Origin: Dehalococcoidia bacterium
GTDB lineage: Bacteria > Chloroflexota > Dehalococcoidia > Lucifugimonadales > UBA6952
Reading direction: 5' to 3'
DNA: 64,000 bases
Assembly (NCBI GenBank): GCA_045562575.1
Contig: JBJKVQ010000021.1
Location: 2,463-66,462, forward strand
In this document: one piece after another, positions 20,501-31,816 of the stretch
How the letters are laid out: each line of letters opens with the position of its first letter
Numbering within the stretch: the stretch's first letter is position 1
Notes under the pieces: generated by a model
Seen by the model: only the letters and a program-made list of their open reading frames with translations
Told to the model about the DNA's origin: nothing
The model's database searches: none
Position numbers and translations under genes: made by a program

Positions 20501-21667
20501 ATCAATTAAAGCATCAACAGCCTCTTGTAACATTCTTTTTTCATTACGAACAATAATTTCAGGAGCTTCAAGTTCCAATAATCTTCTAAGTCGGTTATTT
20601 CGATTTATTACTCTCCTATACAAATCATTCAGATCGCTAGTAGCAAATCGACCACCATCGAGTTGTACCATTGGGCGCAGGTCAGGAGGTAACACAGGTA
20701 AAACTGTCATTATCATCCATTCAGAACGATTTCCACTACGACGAAATGATTCAACAATCCTTAGTCTTTTCACTGCTTTTTTTCTTCTCTGTCCAGCAGT
20801 AACTTTAATTTCTTCTGCAAGTTCATCTCTGAGATCATCCAAATCAATGCTCTCTAAAATTTCCATGATTGCACTTGCACCCATAGCTGCATTGAATCTA
20901 TCACCTAGTGACTCTCTGAGTTCACGGTATCGGTTTTCAGTTAAAAGTTGCATAAGAGCTACTTGTTCAATATCATCTATTTTAATTTTTATCTGTGCTA
21001 AGGATGTTTCAAAACTTGCTTTAATTTCAGTTGCTATTTGAGAGATTTTAACTAACTCTTTATCTTCATCAGATGCTGAAACCCCTAGCAATTTACCAAT
21101 ATTTGATTCATCGAATACGCCATATTCTAATTTATTATGTTCAATATAATTGTTTACTGCAGTAAGAATTGCTTCCATACTGTTGTTCACAATTTGCTCT
21201 TCTTGATCACGCATTTCACTTAATAGTGAGTCCAAAGATTCTTGATCTAACGAAGTAATAATATATTGCGCGAAATATAAAACTCTTTCTAAATTTCTAG
21301 GTGATATATCAAGCAATAAACCTAACCGTGTAGGAGATCCTTTAGCAAACCAGATATGTGCAACTGGGGCTGCTAATTTTATGTGCCCCATTCTTTCTCG
21401 ACGAACCTTACTTCGAGTAACTTCGACGCCACAACGATCGCAAATAACACCCTTATAACGTAATTTTTTATACTTACCACAATAACATTCCCAATCTTTA
21501 GTGGGCCCAAATATTTTTTCACAAAACAATCCATCTTTTTCTGGACGTAGCGTTCTATAGTTTATTGTTTCAGGTTTTGTGACTTCTCCATAAGACCAAT
21601 TTAAAATTTGCTCAGGAGAAGCAATACCTATCTTTACCGCATTAAATTCAGGAGTTTCAGTTGTCAT
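17558..21667 (-). CDS. rpoC: DNA-directed RNA polymerase beta' subunit
   Basis: KPETINYRT, zinc-binding CYCGKY...CDRC, catalytic [22 protein letters not shown]. Confidence 0.99.
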   Translation of the reverse strand: MTTETPEFNAVKIGIASPEQILNWSYGEVTKPETINYRTLRPEKDGLFCEKIFGPTKDWECYCGKYKKLRYKGVICDRCGVEVTRSKVRRERMGHIKLAAPVAHIWFAKGSPTRLGLLLDISPRNLERVLYFAQYIITSLDQESLDSLLSEMRDQEEQIVNNSMEAILTAVNNYIEHNKLEYGVFDESNIGKLLGVSASDEDKELVKISQIATEIKASFETSLAQIKIKIDDIEQVALMQLLTENRYRELRESLGDRFNAAMGASAIMEILESIDLDDLRDELAEEIKVTAGQRRKKAVKRLRIVESFRRSGNRSEWMIMTVLPVLPPDLRPMVQLDGGRFATSDLNDLYRRVINRNNRLRRLLELEAPEIIVRNEKRMLQEAVDALIDNGRHGRAIAGSHNHKLKSLSDLLRGKQGRFRQNLLGKRVDYSGRSVIVVGPELSMHQCGLPKKMALELFKPFVMNRLVMEGHAHNVKSAKRMVENGREEVWDILEEVISGRPVLLNRAPTLHRLGIQAFQPVLVEGSAIRLHPLVCTAFNADFDGDQMAVHVPLSEEAVREASEIMLSTHNMLRPSSGEPIVTPTLDIVLGCYYLTHFEDEAEHTKNRYLNPAGGRQAYDAGLINLHDLITVKVEEEWIDTTPGRIIFNEILPEELSFRNVVMNSDNLGELINECYTELGNLKTAEILDSIKKIGFGYATKSGTTIAISDITISPKKQDLINQATLDVDEIEEEYLSGLLSDEERYQRSIAIWTKTSDDMTAVIRESLPGYGGVYMMANSGAKGNLAQIKQMAGMRGLMSNPRGRIIELPIKSSFREGLSVLEYFISTHGARKGLTDTALRTADSGYLTRRLIDISQDVIILHEECDATEGYWIEDEPENPLRPPFEYRITGRVVSEKVVHPDTGEILADELITIDRTMAKTIVESGVKRVQVHSPLTCTCWRGICRQCYGQSLATGQTPLIGESIGIIAAQSIGEPGTQLTMRTFHTGGIAGDDITSGLPRVEELFEARVPKGVATLSEIDGIVEVVNDLEVRQIVVIDERDVDEEYILPEDYKFIVKNKQSIELGDILAEYKPKKSAKKSDEDADENLPLIAKISGIVELNKTSIKLRWKEIQRREYLIPLSASLNVADGQVITAGTALTVGPQNPQDILRILGREAVQKYLISQVQAVYRSQGITINDKHIEIIVRQMLRKIRVDQSGDTDLLPGEMIDRFVFEEQNRKIVEENGNPAIGSPVLLGVTRASLNTESFLAAASFQETTRVLTEAAVSGSTDPLLGLKENVIIGRLIPARLDISEEGRERYNLPFYDDSISVSSSNEDKDLAQSLSISDDIISSDPFASIKMEDLDGVDFLSSGFQVENDNSDKSEDDS

Positions 21668-21725
21668 CCTTTTTCTACCTCTTTGTGTATTTATCTATGC
21701 AAATTGATATTATATTTGTTGAAAG

Positions 21726-24700
21726 TTAAAGTTCTTCTTCAACATCTACGGAATCAATAAAACCACCATCTTTCAAATTTGCTAAATTCCCCGCAGTATC
21801 CAAATTAGATCCTAATTCGTCATCCTCAAAGCTTGGAATAATTTGATCCGTATCTATATCCATATCAAGTAAGGCTGCTTCATCAAATTCATTAGAGAGA
21901 CCAAAAGGTTGGTCTGCTTCTCGTAATAGTTCAACAGAAAGACCTAAACTTTGTAACTCTTTTAAGAGAACGTTAAATGATTCTGGAATTCCAGGTTGAA
22001 CTATATCTTCACCTTTAATGATAGATTCGTATGTTTTTACTCTTCCTAATACATCGTCTGATTTAACTGTTAACATTTCTTGTAAATTATGTGCTGAGCT
22101 ATATGCTTCTAACGCCCATACTTCCATCTCCCCAAACCTTTGACCTCCAAATTGAGCCTTACCACCAAGAGGTTGCTGGGTGATTAAAGAATATGGGCCA
22201 GTAGATCTTGCATGTATTTTATCTTCAACTAAGTGAATTAGTTTAAGCATATAGACACAACCTACTGTGACTGGCATATCAAAAGATTCACCTGTTCTAC
22301 CATCAAAGAGTTTTGTTTTTCCAAAGGTAGGTGGAACGTCGTCATGCTTAGCATTTAAGACTTGGATTTTTTCATTTAGATCATCACTTGTTAAACCATC
22401 AGTAGGAACATTACGACTATTTAACCAGATACGATGGCAAGCTTCTGTAGCTAGACCAATCTTATCTTCTCGATATATATCTTCATAATTATATCCTCTT
22501 TCGGATAACCAATCTCTTAGCAAATCTAGATTTATAGATCCATGTTTTTGTATACAACCCGATTCAGTAACGAACCAAGCTTTGGCTAGAGTATCCTGAA
22601 TTCCAACATCGCTTGCACCATCAAATACAGGTGTTACTGCATCAAAATTCATTCCTTTGGCTCCCATACCCAAATGAGTTTCTAAAACCTGACCGAGATT
22701 CATTCTTGAAGGAACTCCTAATGGATTCAATATTATATCGACTGGAGTTCCGTCAGAAGTATAAGGCATATCTTCAACTGGCATTATTCTAGAAATAACT
22801 CCTTTATTGCCATGACGACCTGCCATTTTATCCCCCACAGAAATTTTTCTGGTTTGAGCAATCCAAACTCTTACAAGTTTATTAGCTCCAGCAGGTAAAT
22901 CATCACCATTTTCTCTACTAAAAATACTGACTTTAGTTACCTTACCTCTTTCGCCATGCGGAACTCTTAATGAGGAATCTTTAACATCTCTGGCTTTTTC
23001 CCCAAATATAGCTCTTAATAATTTTTCTTCTGCACTAAGATCAGTTTCACCCTTAGGGGTAATTTTACCGACTAAAATGTCACCAGGGCCAACTTCTGCT
23101 CCAGGCAGAATAATTCCATCCTCATCCAAATCCCGAAGACTTTCCTCTCCTACATTTGGGATGTCTCTAGTAATTTCTTCTGGACCAATTTTTGTATCTC
23201 TAGCCTCACATTCATGTTTTTCAATGTGAATCGATGTAAATTTATCTTCTTGAAGCAATCTTTCACTTACTATTATTGCATCCTCAAAGTTATATCCTTC
23301 CCAGCTCATAAATGCGACTATTACATTTTGACCTAAGGCTAATCTTCCACCTTCAGTCGATGAAGAATCAGCTATTGGTTGGCCTGCATAAACTTTATCT
23401 CCTTTAAAAACAATAGGTCTTTGGTTCATACAAGTGCCCTGATTTGTCCTAAAGAATTTTCTTAATTTATACTCATAATCTTTACCTTGATTATCTTTAA
23501 TAACAATGTGGTCACTTCCACAAACTGTTACTTCACCATCAACGTCAGAAATTACTACCTGCCCAGAGTCGATAGCAACTCTTCTTTCCATACCAGTACT
23601 AACAATTGGTGCATCAGGTCGCAATAAAGGAACTGCTTGTCTTTGCATATTCGATCCCATTAAAGCTCTATTTGCATCATCATGCTCGAGAAAAGGAATT
23701 AAGGCTGTTGAAACACTAACAATTTGTTTCGGTGAAATATCCATATAATCTATTTGATCTGGACTTTCAATTGCAAAATCTTCGCCTCTTCTGACCTCAA
23801 TTTTCTCACTATTAATTTGCCCTTTTTCATCAAGAACAGCATTTGCCTGGGCAATAACATATTTTTCTTCGTCATCAGCAGAGAGGTAATGTATATTTTC
23901 AGGTTTATCGGTTACATATGCCTGGACCTTGATACTCATTTCATCCAAGGAACTCAATTTAGCAAAGGTTCTATTAGTAACTACTGAACCTTTTCTTATA
24001 ATGGTTTTACCTTCTTCATCTCTAACAGGTTCATTGATTGTTCTGCCGATTAATTCACCATCATGTGATTGTAATTCATGGGTGACCATTCTATATGGTG
24101 TTTCAATAAATCCAAATTCATTAGTACGAGCATAAGTCGCAAGGGAACCTAACAGTCCAATATTTGGTCCTTCAGGAGTTTCAATAGGACAAATTCTTCC
24201 ATAATGAGAATGATGTACGTCTCTTACATCAAACCCCGCTCTTTCTCTTGATAACCCCCCTGGTCCTAAAGCTGAAAGTCTTCTTTTATGAGTTAATTCT
24301 GCTAATGGGTTAGTTTGATCCATAAATTGAGACAACTGAGATCCTCCAAAAAATTCTCTCACTGCTGCGCCTACTGGTCTCTGATTAATCAGGGAAGAAG
24401 GCGTGGTTGTTTCAGGGTCATTTATGGTCATACGTTCCTTGACTACTCGTTCCATTCTAACCAAACCAACTCGCAACTGGTTTTGAATCAATTCTCCAAC
24501 AGCACGAACCCTCCTATTTCCTAAATGATCGATATCATCAGGAGTTTCGCGGCCATTATTTATATCAAGAATTTTCTTGACCACAGCCACAATATCTGAT
24601 TTTGTAAGAGTTTTTTCTTCAACGTTATAATCACCACCAAGTCGCTTATTTACTTTGTATCTTCCAACTCTCCCCAAATCATATCTTCGAGGATTAAAAA

Positions 24701-25502
24701 ATAAATTGTGCAACATCGCTTCAGAGTTTTCTAAAGTTGGAGGCTCTCCTGGTCTAATGTGTCGGTATAATTCAATTAAAGCATCCTTACGTTCAATGGC
24801 GTTAGGATCCTTGTCCAGTGTCGTTTTAATATATGTGTGATCTGCATCAGTATCAAATGACTTAAACTCATCAAGAATAGCTTGCGGAGAATCGAAACCA
24901 ATTGCACGTAAAAAAGTGGTTACTGGTATTCTTCTTTTTCTATCAACTTTAACAGAGATTATGTCCCTAGAGCTCGTTTCAAATTCTAACCATGCTCCAC
25001 GATAGGGAACAAATTTTGCATTCCCCATTTTTCTACCTGTTACAGGATCTTCTTCAACAGTGAAATATACTCCTGGAGATCTTACAAGCTGACTGACTAC
25101 AACACGTTCTGCACCATTTATGATAAATGTTCCATTTGTTGTCATAAATGGTATATCAGCAAGAAAGATTTGATTTTCTTTAATTTCTCCAGTCTGTTTT
25201 ATTTTTAATTGTGCAGTTACATATAGAGCTGAAGCATAAGTTTTTTCTAACTCTCTACACTCGGACTCACTATACTTAGGTTCTCTAAACTCATGACCGA
25301 TAAAATTTAACTCATAGCGAGTATTATTAAAGTCTTCAATTGGAGAAATTTCACTTAATAATTCAGTCATACCCTGTGTTTTAAATGATTCAAAGGACTG
25401 ACTTAATACTTGAATTAGATTTGGAACACTTGCTTCTAGGGTGCTAGATGCAAAACTATTTTCAACACGCTTTATATTAGCAGAAGGTTCAATAGCAACC
25501 AT
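21726..25502 (-). CDS. rpoB: DNA-directed RNA polymerase beta subunit
   Basis: [39 protein letters not shown]. Start is probably ATG 25502, 10 nt after AAGGAG (track gives GTG 25511). Confidence 0.99.
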   Translation of the reverse strand: MVAIEPSANIKRVENSFASSTLEASVPNLIQVLSQSFESFKTQGMTELLSEISPIEDFNNTRYELNFIGHEFREPKYSESECRELEKTYASALYVTAQLKIKQTGEIKENQIFLADIPFMTTNGTFIINGAERVVVSQLVRSPGVYFTVEEDPVTGRKMGNAKFVPYRGAWLEFETSSRDIISVKVDRKRRIPVTTFLRAIGFDSPQAILDEFKSFDTDADHTYIKTTLDKDPNAIERKDALIELYRHIRPGEPPTLENSEAMLHNLFFNPRRYDLGRVGRYKVNKRLGGDYNVEEKTLTKSDIVAVVKKILDINNGRETPDDIDHLGNRRVRAVGELIQNQLRVGLVRMERVVKERMTINDPETTTPSSLINQRPVGAAVREFFGGSQLSQFMDQTNPLAELTHKRRLSALGPGGLSRERAGFDVRDVHHSHYGRICPIETPEGPNIGLLGSLATYARTNEFGFIETPYRMVTHELQSHDGELIGRTINEPVRDEEGKTIIRKGSVVTNRTFAKLSSLDEMSIKVQAYVTDKPENIHYLSADDEEKYVIAQANAVLDEKGQINSEKIEVRRGEDFAIESPDQIDYMDISPKQIVSVSTALIPFLEHDDANRALMGSNMQRQAVPLLRPDAPIVSTGMERRVAIDSGQVVISDVDGEVTVCGSDHIVIKDNQGKDYEYKLRKFFRTNQGTCMNQRPIVFKGDKVYAGQPIADSSSTEGGRLALGQNVIVAFMSWEGYNFEDAIIVSERLLQEDKFTSIHIEKHECEARDTKIGPEEITRDIPNVGEESLRDLDEDGIILPGAEVGPGDILVGKITPKGETDLSAEEKLLRAIFGEKARDVKDSSLRVPHGERGKVTKVSIFSRENGDDLPAGANKLVRVWIAQTRKISVGDKMAGRHGNKGVISRIMPVEDMPYTSDGTPVDIILNPLGVPSRMNLGQVLETHLGMGAKGMNFDAVTPVFDGASDVGIQDTLAKAWFVTESGCIQKHGSINLDLLRDWLSERGYNYEDIYREDKIGLATEACHRIWLNSRNVPTDGLTSDDLNEKIQVLNAKHDDVPPTFGKTKLFDGRTGESFDMPVTVGCVYMLKLIHLVEDKIHARSTGPYSLITQQPLGGKAQFGGQRFGEMEVWALEAYSSAHNLQEMLTVKSDDVLGRVKTYESIIKGEDIVQPGIPESFNVLLKELQSLGLSVELLREADQPFGLSNEFDEAALLDMDIDTDQIIPSFEDDELGSNLDTAGNLANLKDGGFIDSVDVEEEL

Positions 25503-25528
25503 ATGAAACACACTCCTTTATTGAAAGT

Positions 25529-25556
25529 AAAAAATACCATTCCATGAGGAATGGCA
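25529..25556 (-). terminator. Terminator-like hairpin plus U-tract inside the rpoB leader (possible attenuator)
   Basis: Minus strand TGCCATTCC-TCAT-GGAATGGTA followed by TTTTTT, about 10 nt before the rpoB SD. Confidence 0.55.
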
Positions 25557-25634
25557 ATACGAATTAGGGATTTCCCAGTTATCTTGAAAACTTATATATG
25601 ATATGATAAGCCTATATATAAATAATAAACTACG

Positions 25635-25663
25635 ATTATATAGTAAATACAATTTTATGTCAA
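25635..25663 (-). promoter_or_regulatory. Consensus sigma70 promoter for rpoBC
   Basis: Minus strand TTGACA (25663-25658), 17-nt spacer, TATAAT (25640-25635): exact consensus. Confidence 0.8.
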
Positions 25664-25670
25664 ATTTAAT

Positions 25671-27902
25671 CTACTTGGATTTTTTACTTATTTCTAAATT
25701 AGCTAAACTCATCAATAATTTTTTTTTGCCAGTGGAACTAAAATGAACATCAATCACAAAATCGTTTCCACTTTCAGTGCATAATAAAACAATTCCTTCC
25801 CCAAAAGATTTATGAATTACTTTTGTTCCTATTTCAATAGGATCTAATAATTCAGTTGCATCCTCTTTCTGTTTATGAACAGTATTTGGATCAAATACCG
25901 TTTTGCGAGCGGCCGAATAAGAATTGGTTTTTTCTAGACTTTGTATATTTAATTCCGAAATATCTGAAAGAAAACGTGAAGGTATACTGGTTTGACTACC
26001 TTGACCAAAACCATATCGTTTATATGCCCTTAATAAATATAACAATTTTTCTGCGCGAGTAATTCCCACGTAGCACAGTCTTCTTTCTTCTTCTAGTTGT
26101 ACAGGATCATCCATACTTCGTATATGCGGCAATAATCCTTCTTCCATACCTGCTATAAAAACCACTGGAAATTCTAATCCTTTTGATTGATGTAAAGTAA
26201 TTAAAGTTATTGAATTTTCATTTGTATCTAATCCATCTATATCACTAACCAAAGCTATTCTGTCCAAATATTCTGTCATTGATGTAATTTCTTCAGTTTC
26301 CTTTAGCTGTATAGCCAATCCTTTTAATTCCATTACATTTTCTAATCGATCAAGACCATTAGTTTCATCCTGTTGTAAAAACGCTTGATACCCCACATCG
26401 ACAATTATTTTTTCAATTATTTCTGAAGGTGTGCTATCGACAGAATCAGAAATTAATTGTTGTAAAAGATTCGAGAATAGATTCAATGAAGTTGCAGCAC
26501 GTCGAGTTAAACCAATTAATTGTTGTAATTCTTCTATACTATTGTATTCAACAATAGTCTGATAAATTGTCTTATTTTTTGATTTAGCAACATCAACTAT
26601 TTTATTGTAACTTGTAGATCCAATTCCCCTTGTCGGCACATTAATAATTCGCCCTATGCTTATATCGTCATCAGGATTAGCTATAACCTTGAGATATGAA
26701 ATTACATCCCTAATTTCTTTTCTACTGTAGAATTTAATTCCACCGACGATTTTATAAGGAATTTTATTAGAAAGACACGCTTCTTCAATTACCCGTGATT
26801 GAGCATTCACTCTATACATTATTGCGCATTGGTCCCATTTATATTTTTCCACCTTTACCAATCGCTCGATTTCATGAATTATTTTTTCTGCCTCTTCTTT
26901 CTCTGAATATCCTTCATCTATAATCAGAGATTCACCTACACCATTATTAGTCCATAGTTTATTAATAATATTTGTGTCATTAGTGGATATAAGTTTAGAA
27001 GCTGCATCTAAGATATTTTGGGTAGATCGATAATTTTGAGAAAGATGAATAACCTTTGCACTAGGATAATCATTTTGAAATGATAATATATTTCTTATAT
27101 CTGCATTTCTCCAAGAATATATCGATTGATTAGGATCCCCTACAACACATATATTTTCATGCTTTTTACCTAACAATCTCATTAAGGTGTATTGAGCTAT
27201 ATTAGTATCTTGAAATTCATCAATCATCAAATGTTCATATTTATCACTATAGTATTCTTGTATTTCTTGAGAATTTTGCAGTAACTGGACTGCCTTCATT
27301 AATAAATCATCAAAATCTAAAGCACTATTTGAATTTAAAGTTTTTTGATAACTTTCATATACTCTCGATACAATCTCATCATAAAAGTTTTTACTAGTAC
27401 CACCCAAAACTTCATATGATAATAAATTACTTTTATGTTTAGATATTGAAGCTAACAAAGACCTAGGAGGAAATCTTTTATGATCTATTTGTAATTCCTT
27501 AAGAGATTCGTTTATAACCTGTAGTTGATCACTATCATCATAAATAACAAAATTCTGATTCAAACCAATAAACTTTCCATGTTGCCTCAATATATACACA
27601 CAAAAACTATGAAAAGTTCCACATCGAAGATTAAAAGCATCTCTACTCATAATCATATTATTTATACGTTCTTTGATTTCATTCGCAGCACGATTTGTAA
27701 AAGTCACAGCCAAAATATTTTGTGAATCGATAGATAATTGACTTATTAAATAAGATATACGATGTGTTATAACCCGCGTTTTACCACTACCAGGGCCTGC
27801 TAAAACCAATAAAGGGCCGTCAGTAGTACTAACAGCATCTTGTTGTTCAGGATTAAGTCCAGAGAAAAATTGATCGTTCACTAATTTATCAAAACTTTTC
27901 AA
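25671..27902 (-). CDS. pcrA: PcrA/UvrD superfamily 1 DNA helicase
   Basis: AGPGSGKT, TFTN.AA, DEFQDTN, VGDPNQSIY.WR, QNYRST, TLHQSKGLEF, EERRLCYVGITRA, C-terminal H..FGEG tudor-like domain. Confidence 0.95.
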   Translation of the reverse strand: MKSFDKLVNDQFFSGLNPEQQDAVSTTDGPLLVLAGPGSGKTRVITHRISYLISQLSIDSQNILAVTFTNRAANEIKERINNMIMSRDAFNLRCGTFHSFCVYILRQHGKFIGLNQNFVIYDDSDQLQVINESLKELQIDHKRFPPRSLLASISKHKSNLLSYEVLGGTSKNFYDEIVSRVYESYQKTLNSNSALDFDDLLMKAVQLLQNSQEIQEYYSDKYEHLMIDEFQDTNIAQYTLMRLLGKKHENICVVGDPNQSIYSWRNADIRNILSFQNDYPSAKVIHLSQNYRSTQNILDAASKLISTNDTNIINKLWTNNGVGESLIIDEGYSEKEEAEKIIHEIERLVKVEKYKWDQCAIMYRVNAQSRVIEEACLSNKIPYKIVGGIKFYSRKEIRDVISYLKVIANPDDDISIGRIINVPTRGIGSTSYNKIVDVAKSKNKTIYQTIVEYNSIEELQQLIGLTRRAATSLNLFSNLLQQLISDSVDSTPSEIIEKIIVDVGYQAFLQQDETNGLDRLENVMELKGLAIQLKETEEITSMTEYLDRIALVSDIDGLDTNENSITLITLHQSKGLEFPVVFIAGMEEGLLPHIRSMDDPVQLEEERRLCYVGITRAEKLLYLLRAYKRYGFGQGSQTSIPSRFLSDISELNIQSLEKTNSYSAARKTVFDPNTVHKQKEDATELLDPIEIGTKVIHKSFGEGIVLLCTESGNDFVIDVHFSSTGKKKLLMSLANLEISKKSK

Positions 27903-29277
27903 TAATATTTTTATAATTTGTATCGTCTTCTCTTACGTCACCTCTATCAATTAATGATTGATTAGTAGGAGAAGCTGGTTTATAACCAGCAGGCATGTTT
28001 CCAACACGCATATCTTGCACCTCTGTACCACTTTTATATTCAGATACAACTTCATCATCTTCAAGATCTAAAATATCATCTTCATCAAGTCCTAATAGAT
28101 TCGACAATACATAAGAATTATGAAATCCAAGAGGTGCAGTTGGATTTTGAATATATCCATTTGTTTTACTCATATTGAATGGCAATCCAGAATATATACG
28201 TTTACCAATATTGGTTTCTTCATAATGTTCTACTTGTTCAAAAAATTCTCGATACTTGTATTGTTTATCCTGTAATAAATCTCTTGAATTATTCACTGGT
28301 GCGGCAGCTATATTTATAGATTGTAGTTTTTCAACAACTTCTTGCTTTGAAAGTTTTTCACTCCAGGTCTTAATATGATTATCAATTTCATCGTGATGAG
28401 TAAAACGATCATCATTATTTGGATATTTATCTGCTACTAAACTTTCACTATTTACTAAACTACAAAATTTTCCCCATTCATCATTAGTTTTAATAGTTAA
28501 AACAAACCACTCATCGTCACCTTCGCATGGATAACAACCTTGTGGTGCAAAAGTATTATGACGATTTCCATTTCTTTGAATATATTTATCGTTATAGGCA
28601 ACATCCAACAAAGGAGAACTCACTACAGGTGTACAAGCTTCTAACATTGAGTGATCTATCCATTGACCCTCTCCTGTTTTATTTCGATGATACAAAGCCA
28701 TAGTGATAGCACTCACAATGTTCCATGCAACTACTAGATCCATGATTGACTGACCCGCTTTACTAGGAGTTTTATCAGGAAATCCAGTCAAATGAGAAGT
28801 AGTAGCAGCCTCAATCACTTGTGCCATTCCTACGTAATCTTTCCACGGTCCACTGTGGCCATATCCTGAATTGGAAAGCATAATTAGATCGGGTTTTACT
28901 TGCTTTAATTGATCATAATTTAAACCTAAATTGGTCATCACTCTCGCAGAAAAATTTTCTGCTACGATATCTGAAATTGATACCAAATGTTTAAATAAGT
29001 CACGACCACTATCTTCAGATAAATTTAAAGTAAAACTTTTCTTGCTTCTATTTGAACCATTGAAAGCACCAGATCGGTCATGCCAATTTATACCAGGATC
29101 GCCGTCGGGAAATGGCCCTAAGAATCTATAAAAGTTTGGCCTTTGTGCATATTCTATATGTATTATTTCAGCACCCATATCGCCCAAGATACTCATTGCC
29201 ATTGGTAAAGCAAGTATATCTGATGTTTCTATTATTCTTACACCATGTAGAGGTAATGGTTTATTATTCATTGTCAC
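27889..29277 (-). CDS. Family III CoA-transferase (CaiB/BaiF), catalytic-type subunit
   Basis: LGDMGAEII.IE, NRSKKS.TLNL, ENFS, SGYG..GP; catalytic Asp position retained (SIMDLVVA). Confidence 0.92.
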   Translation of the reverse strand: MTMNNKPLPLHGVRIIETSDILALPMAMSILGDMGAEIIHIEYAQRPNFYRFLGPFPDGDPGINWHDRSGAFNGSNRSKKSFTLNLSEDSGRDLFKHLVSISDIVAENFSARVMTNLGLNYDQLKQVKPDLIMLSNSGYGHSGPWKDYVGMAQVIEAATTSHLTGFPDKTPSKAGQSIMDLVVAWNIVSAITMALYHRNKTGEGQWIDHSMLEACTPVVSSPLLDVAYNDKYIQRNGNRHNTFAPQGCYPCEGDDEWFVLTIKTNDEWGKFCSLVNSESLVADKYPNNDDRFTHHDEIDNHIKTWSEKLSKQEVVEKLQSINIAAAPVNNSRDLLQDKQYKYREFFEQVEHYEETNIGKRIYSGLPFNMSKTNGYIQNPTAPLGFHNSYVLSNLLGLDEDDILDLEDDEVVSEYKSGTEVQDMRVGNMPAGYKPASPTNQSLIDRGDVREDDTNYKNIIEKF

Positions 29278-30464
29278 TTAATTACCCCTTTGTCTTTCAT
29301 ATCTTTGATAATATTAGAATCAATGTTAAGAATTGTTGTTAAAATATCTTCGGTATGTTGACCTAATGAGGGCGAACCTTCTCTAGGTATACCTTTGGTT
29401 GCATTTAAACCTAAAACATTCGAAACATGAGGTAATCCAGTTAATTTTCCATGATCAATATTAGTAAAATAATCTCTTTCAATTAATTGTTCACAATATA
29501 GTAATTCTTTTGGACTTAATTCTCTACTCGCCATAAGACGCCATGCGTGAGCTTCATGAAAAAAGTCATCTTTATCTATTTCTTGTAGCCGATTTAAATA
29601 TAATGATTTAAGCTCTTCATAATTTTCTTCTCTACCTTGTGGTGTTGAAAATCTCTCTTCATACATTTCAGGAACACCAAGAAATGCTGCAATTTCTTCA
29701 AAATCTGTGCTTCTTATTACTGAAAGTCCCACATGTCCATTACTAGTTGGCCACAAATCCACTCCAAATAGTAATCGATTTTTAGGTCCACGACCCCAAA
29801 TAGCTCCTGTGTATGTGTAATATTGTAAAGCATAAGGGATACACGAAGTTACTACCTCGGCTATACTAACATCAATGTATTGGCCTCCTAAACGATCAGC
29901 GCATAAAAGCGCCATCATTGTTGAACTTAATGCTACTTGACCGGCTACAAATTGAAACAATGGCACCCCAAATGACATAGGTTCGCCATCATAATCACCA
30001 CTAACATACATATTGCCACCGAATGCTTCCAAACTTATTTGAGACCATTCCCAATCACTATTTGGGCCATTCTGGCCATATGGTGTTATAGAAGTAATTA
30101 CCAAATTGGCATTATTATTAACTAAATCAGAAAAAAGTAAGCCTTTTTGTTCCAGAAATTTAGGCGGTGTGCCATCCACAATAACATCTGCCTTTTGAGC
30201 CAGTTGAACAATAAGGTCTATTGAGTTTTCATCATCAAAATTAACAGAAATACTTTTTTTCCCGGTGTTTAAACTTAAAAATAGAGTACTATGATCAATA
30301 TTTGAAGAATCTTTAATAAATGGTTCTTCATTTCTAATCGAATCACCATCTATTGTTTCAATTTTTACAATATTAGCACCGTAATCAGCTAAAATTTTAC
30401 AGCAATATGAAGCAGATATACTTGAGCCTATTTCTAATACTAATACGCCGTCTAAAGGTAACAA
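29274..30464 (-). CDS. Family III CoA-transferase, probable non-catalytic subunit
   Basis: LADYGANIVKIE, LNTGKKSI, ITPYGQNGP; Asp position replaced (PLFQFVAG). TTG start after AGGGAGGAG. Confidence 0.88.
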   Translation of the reverse strand: MLPLDGVLVLEIGSSISASYCCKILADYGANIVKIETIDGDSIRNEEPFIKDSSNIDHSTLFLSLNTGKKSISVNFDDENSIDLIVQLAQKADVIVDGTPPKFLEQKGLLFSDLVNNNANLVITSITPYGQNGPNSDWEWSQISLEAFGGNMYVSGDYDGEPMSFGVPLFQFVAGQVALSSTMMALLCADRLGGQYIDVSIAEVVTSCIPYALQYYTYTGAIWGRGPKNRLLFGVDLWPTSNGHVGLSVIRSTDFEEIAAFLGVPEMYEERFSTPQGREENYEELKSLYLNRLQEIDKDDFFHEAHAWRLMASRELSPKELLYCEQLIERDYFTNIDHGKLTGLPHVSNVLGLNATKGIPREGSPSLGQHTEDILTTILNIDSNIIKDMKDKGVIK

Positions 30465-30483
30465 ATCTCCTCCCTAATGTCCT

Positions 30484-30526
30484 AAAAATCATAGAGCGAA
30501 CCTCAAGATTCTGAGATTCGCTCTAT
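30484..30526 (-). terminator. Intrinsic terminator-like hairpin after the HMG-CoA lyase-family gene
   Basis: ATAGAGCGAA-C-CTCA...TGAG-A-TTCGCTCTAT inverted repeat (30491-30526), followed on the minus strand by GATTTTT. Confidence 0.65.
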
Positions 30527-30544
30527 AAATTATAATCTATGCGA

Positions 30545-31756
30545 TTAATTTGATGGCTTTGGGAACCAGTCTTCTTTCCAAGGCCAATCTCCATCTACCT
30601 CAAACACAGGCAGACCTTTATCTAATCTATCTTTGTATGGGCTAGCAATAGGTTCACGCCAAGGATAAACTCCTCCTTCGTAAGCCTTTGAACCAACTTT
30701 GAAATGTTTTGTTTGTTCCAATGTTTCTACGAAAGGTGCATTCATATCGTACACCTTAGTCTTAACATTTCTACCATCAATACCATTGGAAGGTCTGGGT
30801 CCAGCTCTTGAAACATGTCCCCACAACTGTCTTCCTAGGATTTCTTCAGCCATCCATACAGTCTCGATTAGTTTATCCAAATCTACTCCTGTATCAATAC
30901 CCATGTCTTCCATCATATGCATTGAGTCTTCAGTTGGAGCCATCCCTGTAGCTCTTCCGTTACCACAATAAGGGCAACCACCGAAACCACCTATAGTACC
31001 ATCAAGAGCTAAGTCGTCTTCTGGACCAAGAGCTCTTAATGCTGCATAGTGTGAAGTTACAGCCATTCCTCTACTATTGTGGGAATGTAATGACCAATGA
31101 GTAACTTCTGGCCATTTTTCTTTTACACGATAGATAATTTGTTCTACCTTTTCTGGATGAACCCATCCCATGGGATCTCCCATACTGGCTTGGGTAACCT
31201 GAATACCAGCATCTTCCCAAAGAGCATGTTGGTGCTCGAGTAATGCCATGTATTGATCTACTGAAAAATCTCCCAGAAAGTTAGATCCAAATGAAGCATT
31301 AGCACCGATACCAGCTTCCTTTGCACCTGATTCTATTGCACGGGCAATAACTTTAGGCCAATTCTCCATCTCCTGCATTTGTGATCTATTTGTATTTCTT
31401 CGAACAAATACGTCACACATATGGCAACTGAGAGAAGGTCGACCAGTACCTCGTTCAATAGTAAGCGGTGGGGAATACTCTTTGGCTCTTTCAACTCCTC
31501 TTTCATTGAGTGCTAATGCGGTGTATGTTACACCTTCAATAGGCTTAAATTTGGACATCAATTCATCCATTCTAGCCATTTGTGGAGTATATCTAGGACT
31601 TACAAAAGATCCGACAACAATCTGCTTTAAACCAGTTTCGCCTAAAGCATTAAGCAATTCAATTTTATCATCGATAGCTATATTTGAATCTTCAATTTGC
31701 ATACCTTCTCTTAAACCTTGTTCGGTATAAGTAACTTTTGGATACCTATTAGACAT
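30545..31756 (-). CDS. HMG-CoA lyase / citramalyl-CoA lyase-like DRE-TIM metallolyase
   Basis: EQGLREGMQ, GSFVSPRYTPQMA, HSHN, GG.GGCPY, PTED, TGVDLDKL. Strong SD AAAGGAGGAG. Confidence 0.88.
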   Translation of the reverse strand: MSNRYPKVTYTEQGLREGMQIEDSNIAIDDKIELLNALGETGLKQIVVGSFVSPRYTPQMARMDELMSKFKPIEGVTYTALALNERGVERAKEYSPPLTIERGTGRPSLSCHMCDVFVRRNTNRSQMQEMENWPKVIARAIESGAKEAGIGANASFGSNFLGDFSVDQYMALLEHQHALWEDAGIQVTQASMGDPMGWVHPEKVEQIIYRVKEKWPEVTHWSLHSHNSRGMAVTSHYAALRALGPEDDLALDGTIGGFGGCPYCGNGRATGMAPTEDSMHMMEDMGIDTGVDLDKLIETVWMAEEILGRQLWGHVSRAGPRPSNGIDGRNVKTKVYDMNAPFVETLEQTKHFKVGSKAYEGGVYPWREPIASPYKDRLDKGLPVFEVDGDWPWKEDWFPKPSN

Positions 31757-31811
31757 ATTCTCCTCCTTTCATCGATAACATATAACAAGTAAGTAAAATT
31801 ATTTTGGGCAT
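31749..31811 (-). CDS. Putative 20-aa leader peptide MPKIILLTCYMLSMKGGEYV
   Basis: SD AGAAAGGAG (31825-31817) lies 5 nt before ATG 31811. The ORF overlaps the SD and start of the downstream lyase gene. Confidence 0.4.
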   Translation of the reverse strand: MPKIILLTCYMLSMKGGEYV

Positions 31812-31816
31812 CTTAA

